Source of the DNA: Eledone cirrhosa
Taxonomy: Eukaryota
Length of the DNA stretch: 64,000 nucleotides
Direction of reading: 5' to 3'
NCBI GenBank assembly: GCA_964016885.1
Contig: OZ024740.1
Span: forward strand, 440,448,001-440,512,000
Both the position numbers and the translations under genes were made by a program. Of the stretch, positions 33,001 through 47,236 are shown one piece after another (the stretch's first letter is position 1; every line of letters starts with the position of its first letter). The notes beneath the pieces are model-generated. The model was not told the DNA's origin. It saw only the letters and a list, made by a program, of their open reading frames with translations, and ran no database searches.

Positions 33001-36000
33001 CGACACCATACTACACTATTTCACCTTTCTCAGTCTCAACTAGTAATGTCACCATACTACACTACTTCACCTTTCCCAGTCTCAACTAGTAACGACACCA
33101 TACTACACTATTTCACCTTTCTCAGTCTCAACTAGTAACGACACCATACTACACTACTTCACCTTTCTCAGTCTTAACTAGTTACGACACCATACTACAC
33201 TACTTCACCTTTCACAGTCTCAAACTAGTAATGACACCATACTACACTACTTCACCTTTCTCAGTCTCAACTAGTAACGACACCATACTACACTATTTCA
33301 CCTTTCTCAGTCTCAACTAGTAACGACACCATACTACACTACTTCACCTTTCTCAGTCTGAACTAGTTACGACACCATACTACACTACTTCACCTTTCAC
33401 ACTCTCAAACTAGTAATGACACCATACTACACTACTTCACCTTTCTCAGTCTCAACTAGTAACGACACCATACTACACTACTTTACCTTTCTCAGTCTCA
33501 ACTAGTAACGACACCATACTACACAACTTCACCTTTCTCAGTCTCAACTAGTAACGGCACCATACTACACTACTTCACCTTTCTCACTCTCAACTAATAA
33601 CGACACCATACTACACTACTTCACCTTTCTCAGTCTCAACTAGTAACGACACCATACTATACTACTTCACCTTTCTCAGGCTCAACTAGTAACGACACCA
33701 TACTATACTACTTCACCTTTCTCAGGCTCAACTAGTAACGGCACCATACTACACTACTTCACCTTTCTCACTCTCAACTAGTAACGACACCATACTACAC
33801 TACTTCACCTTTCTCAGTCTCAACTAGTAACGACACCATACTACACTACTTCACCTTTCTCACTCTCAACTAGTAACGACACCATACTATACTACTTCAC
33901 CTTTCTCAGGCTCAACTAGTAACGGCACCATACTACACTACTTCACCTTTCTCACTCTCAACTAGTAACGACACCATACTACACTACTTCACCTTTCTCA
34001 GGCTCAACTAGTAACGACACCATACTACACTACTTCACCTTTCTCACTCTCAACTAGTAACGGCACCATACTACACTACTTCACCTTTCTCACTCTCAAC
34101 TAGTAACGACACCATACTACACTACTTCACCTTTCTCAGTCTCAACTAGTAACGACACCATACTACACTACTTCACCTTTCTCAGTCTCAACAAGTAACG
34201 ACACCATACTACACTACTTCACCTTTCTCAGTCTCAACTAGTAACGACACCATACTACACTACTTCACCTTTCTCACTCTCAACTAATAACGACACCATA
34301 CTACACTACTTCACCTTTCTCACTCTCAACTAGTAACGACACCATACTACACTACTTCACCTTTCTCAGTCTCAACTAGTAACGACACCATACTACACTA
34401 CTTCACCTTTCTCACTCTCAACTAGTAACGACACCATACTACACTACTTCACCTTTCTCACTCTCAACTAGTAACGACACCATACTACACTACTTCACCT
34501 TTCTCACTCTCAACTAGTAACGACACCATACTACACTACTTCACCTTTCTCAGTCTCAACTAGTAACGACACCTTACTACACTACTTCACCTTTCTCAGT
34601 CTCAACTAGTAACGACACCATACTACACTACTTCACCTTTCTCACTCTCAACTAGTAACGACACCATACTACACTACTTCACCTTTCTCACTCTCAACTA
34701 GTAACGACACCATACTACACTACTTCATCTTTCTCACTCTCAACTAGTAACGACACCATACTACACAACTTCACCTTTCTCAGTCTCAACTAGTAACGAC
34801 ACCTTACTACACTACTTCACCTTTCTCAGTCTCAACTAGTAACGACACCTTACTACACTACTTCACCTTTCTCAGTCTCAACTAGTAACGACACCATACT
34901 ACACAACTTCACCTTTCTCAGTCTCAACTAGTAACGACACCTTACTACACTACTTCACCTTTCTCAGTCTCAACTAGTAACGACACCATACTACACTACT
35001 TCACCTTTCTCAGTCTCAACTAGTAACGACACCTTACTACACTACTTCACCTTTCTCAGTCTCAACTAGTAACGACACCATACTACACTACTTCACCTTT
35101 CTCAGTCTCAACTAGTAACGACACCATACTACACTACTTCACCTTTCTCAGTCTCAACTAGTAACGACACCATACTACACTACTTCACCTTTCTCAGTCT
35201 CAACTAGTAACGACACCATACTACACTACTTCACCTTTCTCAGTCTCAACTGGTAATGACACCATACTAAACTACTTCACCTTTCTCACTCTCAACTAGT
35301 AACGACACCATACTACACTACTTCACCTTTCTCACTCTCAACTAGTAACGACACCATACTACACTACTTCACCTTTCTCAGTCTCAACTAGTAACGGCAC
35401 CATACTACACTACTTCACCTTTCTCACTCTCAACTAGTAATGACACCATACTACACTACTTCACCTTTCTCAGTCTCAACTAGTAACGACACCATACTAC
35501 ACTACTTCACCTTTCTCACTCTCAACTAGTAACGGCACCATACTACACTACTTCACCTTTCTCACTCTCAACTAGTAACGGCACCATACTACACTACTTC
35601 ACCTTTCTCACTCTCAACTAGTAACGGCACCATACTACACTACTTCACCATTCTCAGTCTCAACTAGTAACGACACCATACTACACTACTTCACCTTTCT
35701 CAGGCTCAACTAATAACGACACCATACAACACTACTTCACCTTTCACAGTCTCAACTAGTAACGGCACCATACTACACTACTTCACCTTTCTCAGGCTCA
35801 ACTGTTAACGACACCATACAACACTACTTCACCTTTCTCAGGCTCAACTAGTAACGACACCATACAACACTACTTCACCTTTCTCAGTCTCAACTACTAA
35901 CGACACCATACTACACTACTTCACCTTTCTCAGTCTCAACTAGTAACGACACCATACTACACAACTTCACCTATCTCAGTCTCAACTAGTAATGATACCA

Positions 36001-39000
36001 TACTACACTACTTCACCTTTCACAGTCTCAACTAGTAACGGCACCATACTACACTACTTCACCTATCTCAGTCTCAACTAGTAATGATACCATACTACAC
36101 TACTTCACCTTTCACAGTCTCAACTAGTAATGACACCATACTACACTACTTCACCTTTCACAGTCTCAACTAGTAACGACACCATACTACACTACTTCAC
36201 CTTTCTCAGTCTCAACTAGTAACGACACCATACTACACTACTTCACCTTTCTCAGTCTCAACTAGTAATGACACCATACTACACTACTTCACCTTTCTCA
36301 GTCTCAACTAGTAACGACACCATACTACACTATTTCACCTTTCTCAGTCTCAACTAGTAATGTCACCATACTACACTATTTCACCTTTCCCAGTCTCAAC
36401 TAGTAACGACACCATACTACACTATTTCACCTTTCTCAGTCTCAACTAGTAACGACACCATACTACACTACTTCACCTTTCTCAGTCTTAACTAGTTACG
36501 ACACCATACTACACTACTTCACCTTTCACAGTCTCAAACTAGTAATGACACCATACTACACTACTTCACCTTTCTCAGTCTCAACTAGTAACGACACCAT
36601 ACTACACTATTTCACCTTTCTCAGTCTCAACTAGTAACGACACCATACTACACTACTTCACCTTTCTCAGTCTTAACTAGTTACGACACCATACTACACT
36701 ACTTCACCTTTCTCAGTCTCAACTAGTAACGACACCATACTACACTACTTTACCTTTCTCAGTCTCAACTAGTAACGACACCATACTACACTACTTCACC
36801 TTTCTCACTCTCAACTAATAACGACACCATACTACACTACTTCACCTTTCTCAGTCTCAACTAGTAACGACACCATACTACACTACTTCACCTTTCTCAC
36901 TCTCAACTAGTAACGACACCATACTATACTACTTCACCTTTCTCAGGCTCAACTAGTAACGGCACCATACTACACTACTTCACCTTTCTCACTCTCAACT
37001 AGTAACGACACCATACTACACTACTTCACCTTTCTCAGTCTCAACTAGTAACGACACCATACTACACTACTTCACCTTTCTCACTCTCAACTAGTAACGA
37101 CACCATACTATACTACTTCACCTTTCTCAGGCTCAACTAGTAACGGCACCATACTACACTACTTCACCTTTCTCACTCTCAACTAGTAACGACACCATAC
37201 TACACTACTTCACCTTCCTCACTCTCAACTAGTAACGGCACCATACTACACTACTTCACCTTTCTCACTCTCAACTAGTAACGACACCATACTACACTAC
37301 TTCACCTTTCTCACTCTCAACTAGTAACGACACCATACTACACTACTTCACCTTTCTCACTCTCAACTAGTAACGACACCATACTAAACTACTTCACCTT
37401 TCTCACTCTCAACTAATAACGACACCATACTACACTACTTCACCTTTCTCAGGCTAAACTAGTAACGGCACCATACAACACTACTTCACCTTTCTCACTC
37501 TCAACTAGTAATGACACCATACTACACTACTTCACCTTTCTCAGTCTCAACTAGTAACGACACCATACTACACTACTTCACCTTTCTCACTCTCAACTAG
37601 TAACGGCACCATACTACACTACTTCACCTTTCTCAGGCTCAACTAATAACGACACCATACAACACTACTTCACCTTTCACAGTCTCAACTAGTAACGGCA
37701 CCATACTACACTACTTCACCTTTCTCAGGCTCAACTAGTAACGACACCATACAACACTACTTCACCTTTCTCAGGCTCAACTAGTAACGACACCATACAA
37801 CACTACTTCACCTTTCTCAGTCTCAACTACTAACGACACCATACTACACTACTTCACCTTTCTCAGTCTCAACTAGTAATGATACCATACTACACTACTT
37901 CACCTTTCACAGTCTCAACTAGTAATGACACCATACTACACTACTTCACCTATCTCAGTCTCAACTAGTAATGATACCATACTACACTACTTCACCTTTC
38001 ACAGTCTCAACTAGTAATGACACCATACTACACTACTTCACCTTTCACAGTCTCAACTAGTAACGACACCATACTACACTACTTCACCATTCTCAGTCTC
38101 AACTAGTTACGACACCATACTACACTACTTCACCTTTTTCAGTCTCAACTAATAACGACACCATACTACACTACTTCACCTTTTTCAGTCTCAACTAGTA
38201 ACGACACCATACTACACTACTTCACCTTTCTCAGTCTCAACTAATAACGACACCATACTACACTACTTCACCTTTCTCAGTCTCAACTAGTAACGACACC
38301 ATACTACACTACTTCACCTTTCTCAGTCTCAACTAGTAACGACACCATACTACACTACTTCACCTTTCTCAGTCTCAACTAGTAACGACACCATACTACA
38401 CTACTTCACCTTTCTCAGTCTCAACTAGTAATGACACCATACTACACTACTTCACCTTTCTCAGTCTCAACTAGTAACGACACCATACTACACTATTTCA
38501 CCTTTCTCAGTCTCAACTAGTAATGTCACCATACTACACTACTTCACCTTTCCCAGTCTCAACTAGTAACGACACCATACTACACTATTTCACCTTTCTC
38601 AGTCTCAACTAGTAACGACACCATACTACACTACTTCACCTTTCTCAGTCTTAACTAGTTACGACACCATACTACACTACTTCACCTTTCACAGTCTCAA
38701 ACTAGTAATGACACCATACTACACTACTTCACCTTTCTCAGTCTCAACTAGTAACGACACCATACTACACTATTTCACCTTTCTCAGTCTGAACTAGTAA
38801 CGACACCATACTACACTACTTCACCTTTCTCAGTCTGAACTAGTTACGACACCATACTACACTACTTCACCTTTCACAGTCTCAAACTAGTAATGACACC
38901 ATACTACACTACTTCACCTTTCTCAGTCTCAACTAGTAACGACACCATACTACACTACTTTACCTTTCTCAGTCTCAACTAGTAACGACACCATACTACA

Positions 39001-42000
39001 CAACTTCACCTTTCTCAGTCTCAACTAGTAACGGCACCATACTACACTACTTCACCTTTCTCACTCTCAACTAATAACGACACCATACTACACTACTTCA
39101 CCTTTCTCACTCTCAACTAATAACGATACCATACTACACTACTTCACCTTTCTCACTCTCAACTAGTAACGACACCATACTACACTACTTCACCTTTCTC
39201 ACTCTCAACTAGTAACGACACCATACTACACTACTTCACCTTTCTCAGTCTCAACTAGTAACGACACCATACTACACTACTTCACCTTTCTCAGTCTCAA
39301 CTAGTAACGGCACCATACTACACTACTTCACCTTTCTCAGTCTCAACTAGTAACGACACCATACTACACTACTTCACCTTTCTCAGTCTCAACTAGTAAC
39401 GACACCATACTACACTACTTCACCTTTCTCAGTCTCAACTAGTAACGACACCATACTACACTACTTCACCTTTCTCACTCTCAACTAGTAACGACACCAT
39501 ACTATACTACTTCACCTTTCTCAGGCTCAACTAGTAACGGCACCATACTACACTACTTCACCTTTCTCACTCTCAACTAGTAACGACACCATACTACACT
39601 ACTTCACCTTTCTCAGGCTCAACTAGTAACGGCACCATACAACACTACTTCACCATTCTCAGTCTCAACTAGTAACGACACCATACTACACTACTTCACC
39701 TTTCTCACTCTCAACTAGTAACGACACCATACTACACTACTTCACCTTTCTCAGTCTCAACTAGTAACGACACCTTACTACACTACTTCACCTTCCTCAC
39801 TCTCAACTAGTAACGGCACCATACTACACTACTTCACCTTTCTCACTCTCAACTAGTAACGACACCATACTATACTACTTCACCTTTCTCAGTCTCAACT
39901 GGTAATGACACCATACTAAACTACTTCACCTTTCTCACTCTCAACTAATAACGACACCATACTACACTACTTCACCTTTCTCAGGCTAAACTAGTAACGG
40001 CACCATACAACACTACTTCACCTTTCTCAGGCTCAACTAATAACGACACCATACAGCACTACTTCACCTTTCACAGTCTCAACTAGTAACGGCACCATAC
40101 TACACTACTTCACCTTTCTCAGGCTCAACTAGTAACGACACCATACAACACTACTTCACCTTTCTCAGGCTCAACTAGTAACGACACCATACAACACTAC
40201 TTCTCCTTTCTCAGTCTCAACTACTAACGACACCATACTACACTACTTCACCTTTCTCAGTCTCAACTAGTAACGACACCATACTACACTACTTCACCTT
40301 TCTCAGTCTCAACTACTAACGACACCATACTACACTACTTCACCTTTCTCAGTCTCAACTAGTAACGACACCATACTACACAACTTCACCTATCTCAGTC
40401 TCAACTAGTAATGATACCATACTACACTACTTCACCTTTCACAGTCTCAACTAGTAACGGCACCATACTACACTACTTCACCTATCTCAGTCTCAACTAG
40501 TAATGATACCATACTACACTACTTCACCTTTCACAGTCTCAACTAGTAATGACACCATACTACACTACTTCACCTTTCACAGTCTCAACTAGTAACGACA
40601 CCATACTACACTACTTCACCATTCTCAGTCTCAACTAGTTACGACACCATACTACACTACTTCACCTTTTTCAGTCTCAACTAATAACGACACCATACTA
40701 CACTACTTCACCTTTTTCAGTCTCAACTAGTAACGACACCATACACCACTACTTCACCTTTCCCAGTCTCAACTAGTAACGACACCATACTACACTACTT
40801 CACCTTTCCCAGTCTCAACTAGTAACGACACCATACTACACTACTTCACCTTTCCCAGTCTCAACTAGTAACGACACCATACTACACTACTTCACCTTTC
40901 TCAGTCTCAACTAGTAACGACACCATACTACACAACTTCACCTATCTCAGTCTCAACTAGTAATGATACCATACTACACTACTTCACCTTTCACAGTCTC
41001 AACTAGTAACGGCACCATACTACACTACTTCACCTATCTCAGTCTCAACTAGTAATGATACCATACTACACTACTTCACCTTTCACAGTCTCAACTAGTA
41101 ATGACACCATACTACACTACTTCACCTTTCTCAGTCTCAACTAGTAACGACACCATACTACACTACTTCACCTTTCCCAGTCTCAACTAGTAACGACACC
41201 ATACTACACTAATTCACCTTTCCCAGTCTCAACTAGTAACGACACCATACTACACTACTTCACCTTTCCCAGTCTCAAATAGCAACGACACCATACTACA
41301 CTACTTCACCTTTCTCAGTCTCAACTAGTAACAAGACCAAACTACACTACTTCACCTTTCTCAGTCTCAACTAGTAACGACACCATACTACACTACTTCA
41401 CCTTTCTCAGTCTCAACTAGTAACAAGACCAAACTACACTACTTCACCTTTCTCACTCTCAACTAGTAACGACACCATACTACACTACTTCACCTTTCTC
41501 AGTCTCAACTAGTAACAACACCAAACTACACTACTTCACCTTTCTCAGTCTCAACTAGCAACGACACCATACTACACTACTTCACCTTTCTCAGTCTCAA
41601 CTAATAACGACACCATACTACACTACTTCACCTTTCTCAGTCTCAACTAGCAACGACACCATACTACACTACTTCACCTTTCTCAGTCTCAACTAGTAAC
41701 GACACCATACTACACTACTTCACCTATCTCAGTCTCACATAGTAACGACACCAAACTACACTATTTCACCTTTCTCAGTCTCAACTAGTAACGACACCAA
41801 ACTACACTACTTCACCTTTCTCAGTCTGAACTAGTAACGACCACATACTACACTACATCACCTTTCTCAGTCTCAGCTAGTAATGTCACCATACTACACT
41901 ACTTCACCTTTCCCAGTCTCAACTAGTAACGACACCATACACCACTACTTCACCTTTCCCAGTCTCAACTAGTAACGACACCATACTACACTACTTCACC

Positions 42001-45000
42001 TTTCCCAGTCTCAACTAGTAACGACACCATACTACACTATTTCACCTTTCTCAGTCTGAACTAGTAACGACACCATACTACACTACTTCACCTTTCTCAG
42101 TCTGAACTAGTTACGACACCATACTACACTACTTCACCTTTCACAGTCTCAAACTAGTAATGACACCATACTACACTACTTCACCTTTCTCAGTCTCAAC
42201 TAGTAACGACACCATACTACACTACTTTACCTTTCTCAGTCTCAACTAGTAACGACACCATACTACACAACTTCACCTTTCTCAGTCTCAACTAGTAACG
42301 GCACCATACTACACTACTTCACCTTTCTCACTCTCAACTAATAACGACACCATACTACACTACTTCACCTTTCTCACTCTCAACTAATAACGATACCATA
42401 CTACACTACTTCACCTTTCTCACTCTCAACTAGTAACGACACCATACTACACTACTTCACCTTTCTCACTCTCAACTAGTAACGACACCATACTACACTA
42501 CTTCACCTTTCTCAGTCTCAACTAGTAACGACACCATACTACACTACTTCACCTTTCTCAGTCTCAACTAGTAACGACACCATACTACACTACTTCACCT
42601 TTCTCAGTCTCAACTAGTAACGACACCATACTACACTACTTCACCTTTCTCACTCTCAACTAGTAACGACACCATACTATACTACTTCACCTTTCTCAGG
42701 CTCAACTAGTAACGGCACCATACTACACTACTTCACCTTTCTCACTCTCAACTAGTAACGACACCATACTACACTACTTCACCTTTCTCAGGCTCAACTA
42801 GTAACGGCACCATACAACACTACTTCACCATTCTCAGTCTCAACTAGTAACGACACCATACTACACTACTTCACCTTTCTCACTCTCAACTAGTAACGAC
42901 ACCATACTACACTACTTCACCTTTCTCAGTCTCAACTAGTAACGACACCTTACTACACTACTTCACCTTCCTCACTCTCAACTAGTAACGGCACCATACT
43001 ACACTACTTCACCTTTCTCACTCTCAACTAGTAACGACACCATACTATACTACTTCACCTTTCTCAGTCTCAACTGGTAATGACACCATACTAAACTACT
43101 TCACCTTTCTCACTCTCAACTAATAACGACACCATACTACACTACTTCACCTTTCTCAGGCTAAACTAGTAACGGCACCATACAACACTACTTCACCTTT
43201 CTCAGGCTCAACTAATAACGACACCATACAGCACTACTTCACCTTTCACAGTCTCAACTAGTAACGGCACCATACTACACTACTTCACCTTTCTCAGGCT
43301 CAACTAGTAACGACACCATACAACACTACTTCACCTTTCTCAGGCTCAACTAGTAACGACACCATACAACACTACTTCTCCTTTCTCAGTCTCAACTACT
43401 AACGACACCATACTACACTACTTCACCTTTCTCAGTCTCAACTAGTAACGACACCATACTACACTACTTCACCTTTCTCAGTCTCAACTACTAACGACAC
43501 CATACTACACTACTTCACCTTTCTCAGTCTCAACTAGTAACGACACCATACTACACAACTTCACCTATCTCAGTCTCAACTAGTAATGATACCATACTAC
43601 ACTACTTCACCTTTCACAGTCTCAACTAGTAACGGCACCATACTACACTACTTCACCTATCTCAGTCTCAACTAGTAATGATACCATACTACACTACTTC
43701 ACCTTTCACAGTCTCAACTAGTAATGACACCATACTACACTACTTCACCTTTCACAGTCTCAACTAGTAACGACACCATACTACACTACTTCACCATTCT
43801 CAGTCTCAACTAGTTACGACACCATACTACACTACTTCACCTTTTTCAGTCTCAACTAATAACGACACCATACTACACTACTTCACCTTTTTCAGTCTCA
43901 ACTAGTAACGACACCATACACCACTACTTCACCTTTCCCAGTCTCAACTAGTAACGACACCATACTACACTACTTCACCTTTCCCAGTCTCAACTAGTAA
44001 CGACACCATACTACACTACTTCACCTTTCCCAGTCTCAACTAGTAACGACACCATACTACACTACTTCACCTTTCTCAGTCTCAACTAGTAACGACACCA
44101 TACTACACAACTTCACCTATCTCAGTCTCAACTAGTAATGATACCATACTACACTACTTCACCTTTCACAGTCTCAACTAGTAACGGCACCATACTACAC
44201 TACTTCACCTATCTCAGTCTCAACTAGTAATGATACCATACTACACTACTTCACCTTTCACAGTCTCAACTAGTAATGACACCATACTACACTACTTCAC
44301 CTTTCTCAGTCTCAACTAGTAACGACACCATACTACACTACTTCACCTTTCCCAGTCTCAACTAGTAACGACACCATACTACACTAATTCACCTTTCCCA
44401 GTCTCAACTAGTAACGACACCATACTACACTACTTCACCTTTCCCAGTCTCAAATAGCAACGACACCATACTACACTACTTCACCTTTCTCAGTCTCAAC
44501 TAGTAACAAGACCAAACTACACTACTTCACCTTTCTCAGTCTCAACTAGTAACGACACCATACTACACTACTTCACCTTTCTCAGTCTCAACTAGTAACA
44601 AGACCAAACTACACTACTTCACCTTTCTCACTCTCAACTAGTAACGACACCATACTACACTACTTCACCTTTCTCAGTCTCAACTAGTAACAACACCAAA
44701 CTACACTACTTCACCTTTCTCAGTCTCAACTAGCAACGACACCATACTACACTACTTCACCTTTCTCAGTCTCAACTAATAACGACACCATACTACACTA
44801 CTTCACCTTTCTCAGTCTCAACTAGCAACGACACCATACTACACTACTTCACCTTTCTCAGTCTCAACTAGTAACGACACCATACTACACTACTTCACCT
44901 ATCTCAGTCTCACATAGTAACGACACCAAACTACACTATTTCACCTTTCTCAGTCTCAACTAGTAACGACACCAAACTACACTACTTCACCTTTCTCAGT

Positions 45001-46539
45001 CTGAACTAGTAACGACCACATACTACACTACATCACCTTTCTCAGTCTCAGCTAGTAATGTCACCATACTACACTACTTCACCTTTCCCAGTCTCAACTA
45101 GTAACGACACCATACACCACTACTTCACCTTTCCCAGTCTCAACTAGTAACGACACCATACTACACTACTTCACCTTTCCCAGTCTCAACTAGTAACGAC
45201 ACCATACTACACTACTTCACCTTTCCCAGTCTCAACTAGTAATGACACCATACTACACTACTTCACCTTTCCCAGTCTCAACTAGTAACGACACCATACT
45301 ACACTACTTCACCTTTCTCAGTCTCAACTAGTAATGACACCATACTACACTACTTCACCTTTCTCAGTCTCAACTAGTAACGACACCATACTACACTATT
45401 TCACCTTTCTCAGTCTCAACTAGTAACGACACCATACTACACTACTTCACCTTTCTCAGTCTCAACTAGTAACGACACCATACTACACTATTTCACCTTT
45501 CTCAGTCTCAACTAGTAACGACACCATACACCACTACTTCACCTTTCCCAGTCTCAACTAGTAACGACACCATACTACACTACTTCACCTTTCCCAGTCT
45601 CAACTAGTAACGACACCATACTACACTACTTCACCTTTCCCAGTCTCAGCTAGTAACGACACCATACTACACTACTTCACCTTTCCCAGTCTCAACTAGT
45701 AACGACACCATACTACACTACTTCACCTTTCTCAGTCTCAACTAGTAATGACACCATACTACACTACTTCACCTTTCTCAGTCTTAACTAGTAATGACAC
45801 CATACTACACTACTTCACCTTTCTTAGTCTCAACTAGTAACGACACCATACTACACTACTTCACCTTTCTCAGTCTCAACTAGTAACGACACCATACTAC
45901 ACTACTTCACCTTTCCCAGTCTCAACTAGTAACGACACCATACTACACTAATTCACCTTTCCCAGTCTCAACTAGTAACGACACCATACTACACTACTTC
46001 ACCTTTCTCAGTCTCAACTAGTAATGACACCATACTACACTACTTCACCTTTCTCAGTCTTAACTAGTAATGACACCATACTACACTACTTCACCTTTCT
46101 CAGTCTCAACTAGTAACGACACCATACTACACTACTTCACCTTTCTCAGTCTCAACTAGTAACGACACCATACTACACTACTTCACCTTTCTCAGTCTCA
46201 ACTAGTAATGACACCATACTACACTACTTCACCTTTCTCAGTCTCAACTAGTAACGACACCATACTACACTACTTCACCTTTCTCAGTCTCAACTAGTAA
46301 CGACACCATACTACACTACTTCACCTTTCTCAGTCTCAACTAGTAACGACACCATACTACACTACTTCACCTTTCTCAGTCTCAACTAGTAACGACACCA
46401 TACTACACTACTTCACCTTTCTCAGTCTCAACTAATAACGACACCATACTACACTACTTCACCTTTCTCAGTCTCAACTAGTAACGACACCATACTACAC
46501 TACTTCACCTTTCTCGGTCTCAACTAGTAACGACACCAT
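1..46539. repeat. 46-bp tandem satellite array (~1,010 monomers), continues beyond the left edge
   Basis: The unit CAACTAGTAACGACACCATACTACACTACTTCACCTTTCTCAGTCT recurs every 46 nt (CAAC at 1, 47, ...) with rare 1-bp indels. It ends abruptly at ...CGACACCAT (46539). The + strand is very G-poor (3 G vs 16 C per monomer), and most monomers carry one ACTAGT palindrome. Confidence 0.99.
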
Positions 46540-46548
46540 GAGCACCAA

Positions 46549-47186
46549 CATTCTGTCATTATGTCTGTTTCGTGGTTAAATATTTCAAGCATATGTGGTT
46601 TTTCAACCCTTGTAATTTTAGACACACGGTTTACTGTGTTTCTTACTATATATTGTTAATCGGCTCAGTATTTATTTGTACTTTATACTTAGAGCTTAAT
46701 GGTTACAGGGTTCTAATTCTCATATATATATTTCTGCTCCCTTACAAGTTGAGCTATTAAGTTGTGCGTGTTGGACTGTTATTTCTGTTCAATACGCGCT
46801 TACCACGTTTGACTGGCGAAGCACGAGGTGATGAATTCATCTTTCTGTGTGAACGTTGGCAAATAGTGTTTGTGGCATTTAATCGCAATCTCTCGCTGAT
46901 GAAGCCCAGGATTATCTGTTACAAACACACTCAGGGCGAAACAGATTAGGGATAATCTGTCCGAGAGATATAATGGTTATTGAGGTTTGTATTATTATGA
47001 TAATATATTTTTATTTTCATTCTGTCATTCTGTCTGTTTCGTGGTTAAATATTTCAAGCATATGTGGTTTTTCAACCCTTGTAATTTTAGACACACGGTT
47101 TACTGTGTTTCTTACTATATATTGTTAATCGGCTCAGTATTTATTTGTACTTTATACTTAGAGCTTAATGGTTACAGGGTTCTAAT

Positions 47187-47199
<13 letters not shown>
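46549..47199 (+). mobile_element. Non-coding retrozyme-like / non-autonomous PLE-dependent element, 469-bp unit in partial tandem (~1.4 copies)
   Basis: 46549-46730 is repeated at 47018-47199 (period 469). The unit contains a type I hammerhead, has no credible ORF, and its 3' end runs into (TA)n. Confidence 0.75.
46888..46969 (+). ncRNA. Type I hammerhead ribozyme, canonical core with full stem III
   Basis: Stem I ATCTCTCG(46888-95)/CGAGAGAT(46962-69); core CTGATGA 46896-902 plus one extra A; stem II GCCC/GGGC with a long loop; GAAA 46938-41; stem III CAGATTA-GGGA-TAATCTG; GTC triplet with the predicted cut after 46961. Confidence 0.92.

Positions 47200-47231
<32 letters not shown>

Positions 47232-47236
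<5 letters not shown>

Noticed and set aside
1-46539. CRISPR array or coding repeat (ORF 191-376)
   Set aside because: There are no unique spacers and no cas genes; the 46-bp period is not a multiple of 3 and stops recur.
1-46539. Satellite monomer as a hammerhead (ACTAGTA as in the 48784 ribozyme; minus-strand CTGAGAA...GAAG)
   Set aside because: No correctly ordered CUGANGA and GAAA with supporting stems on either strand.
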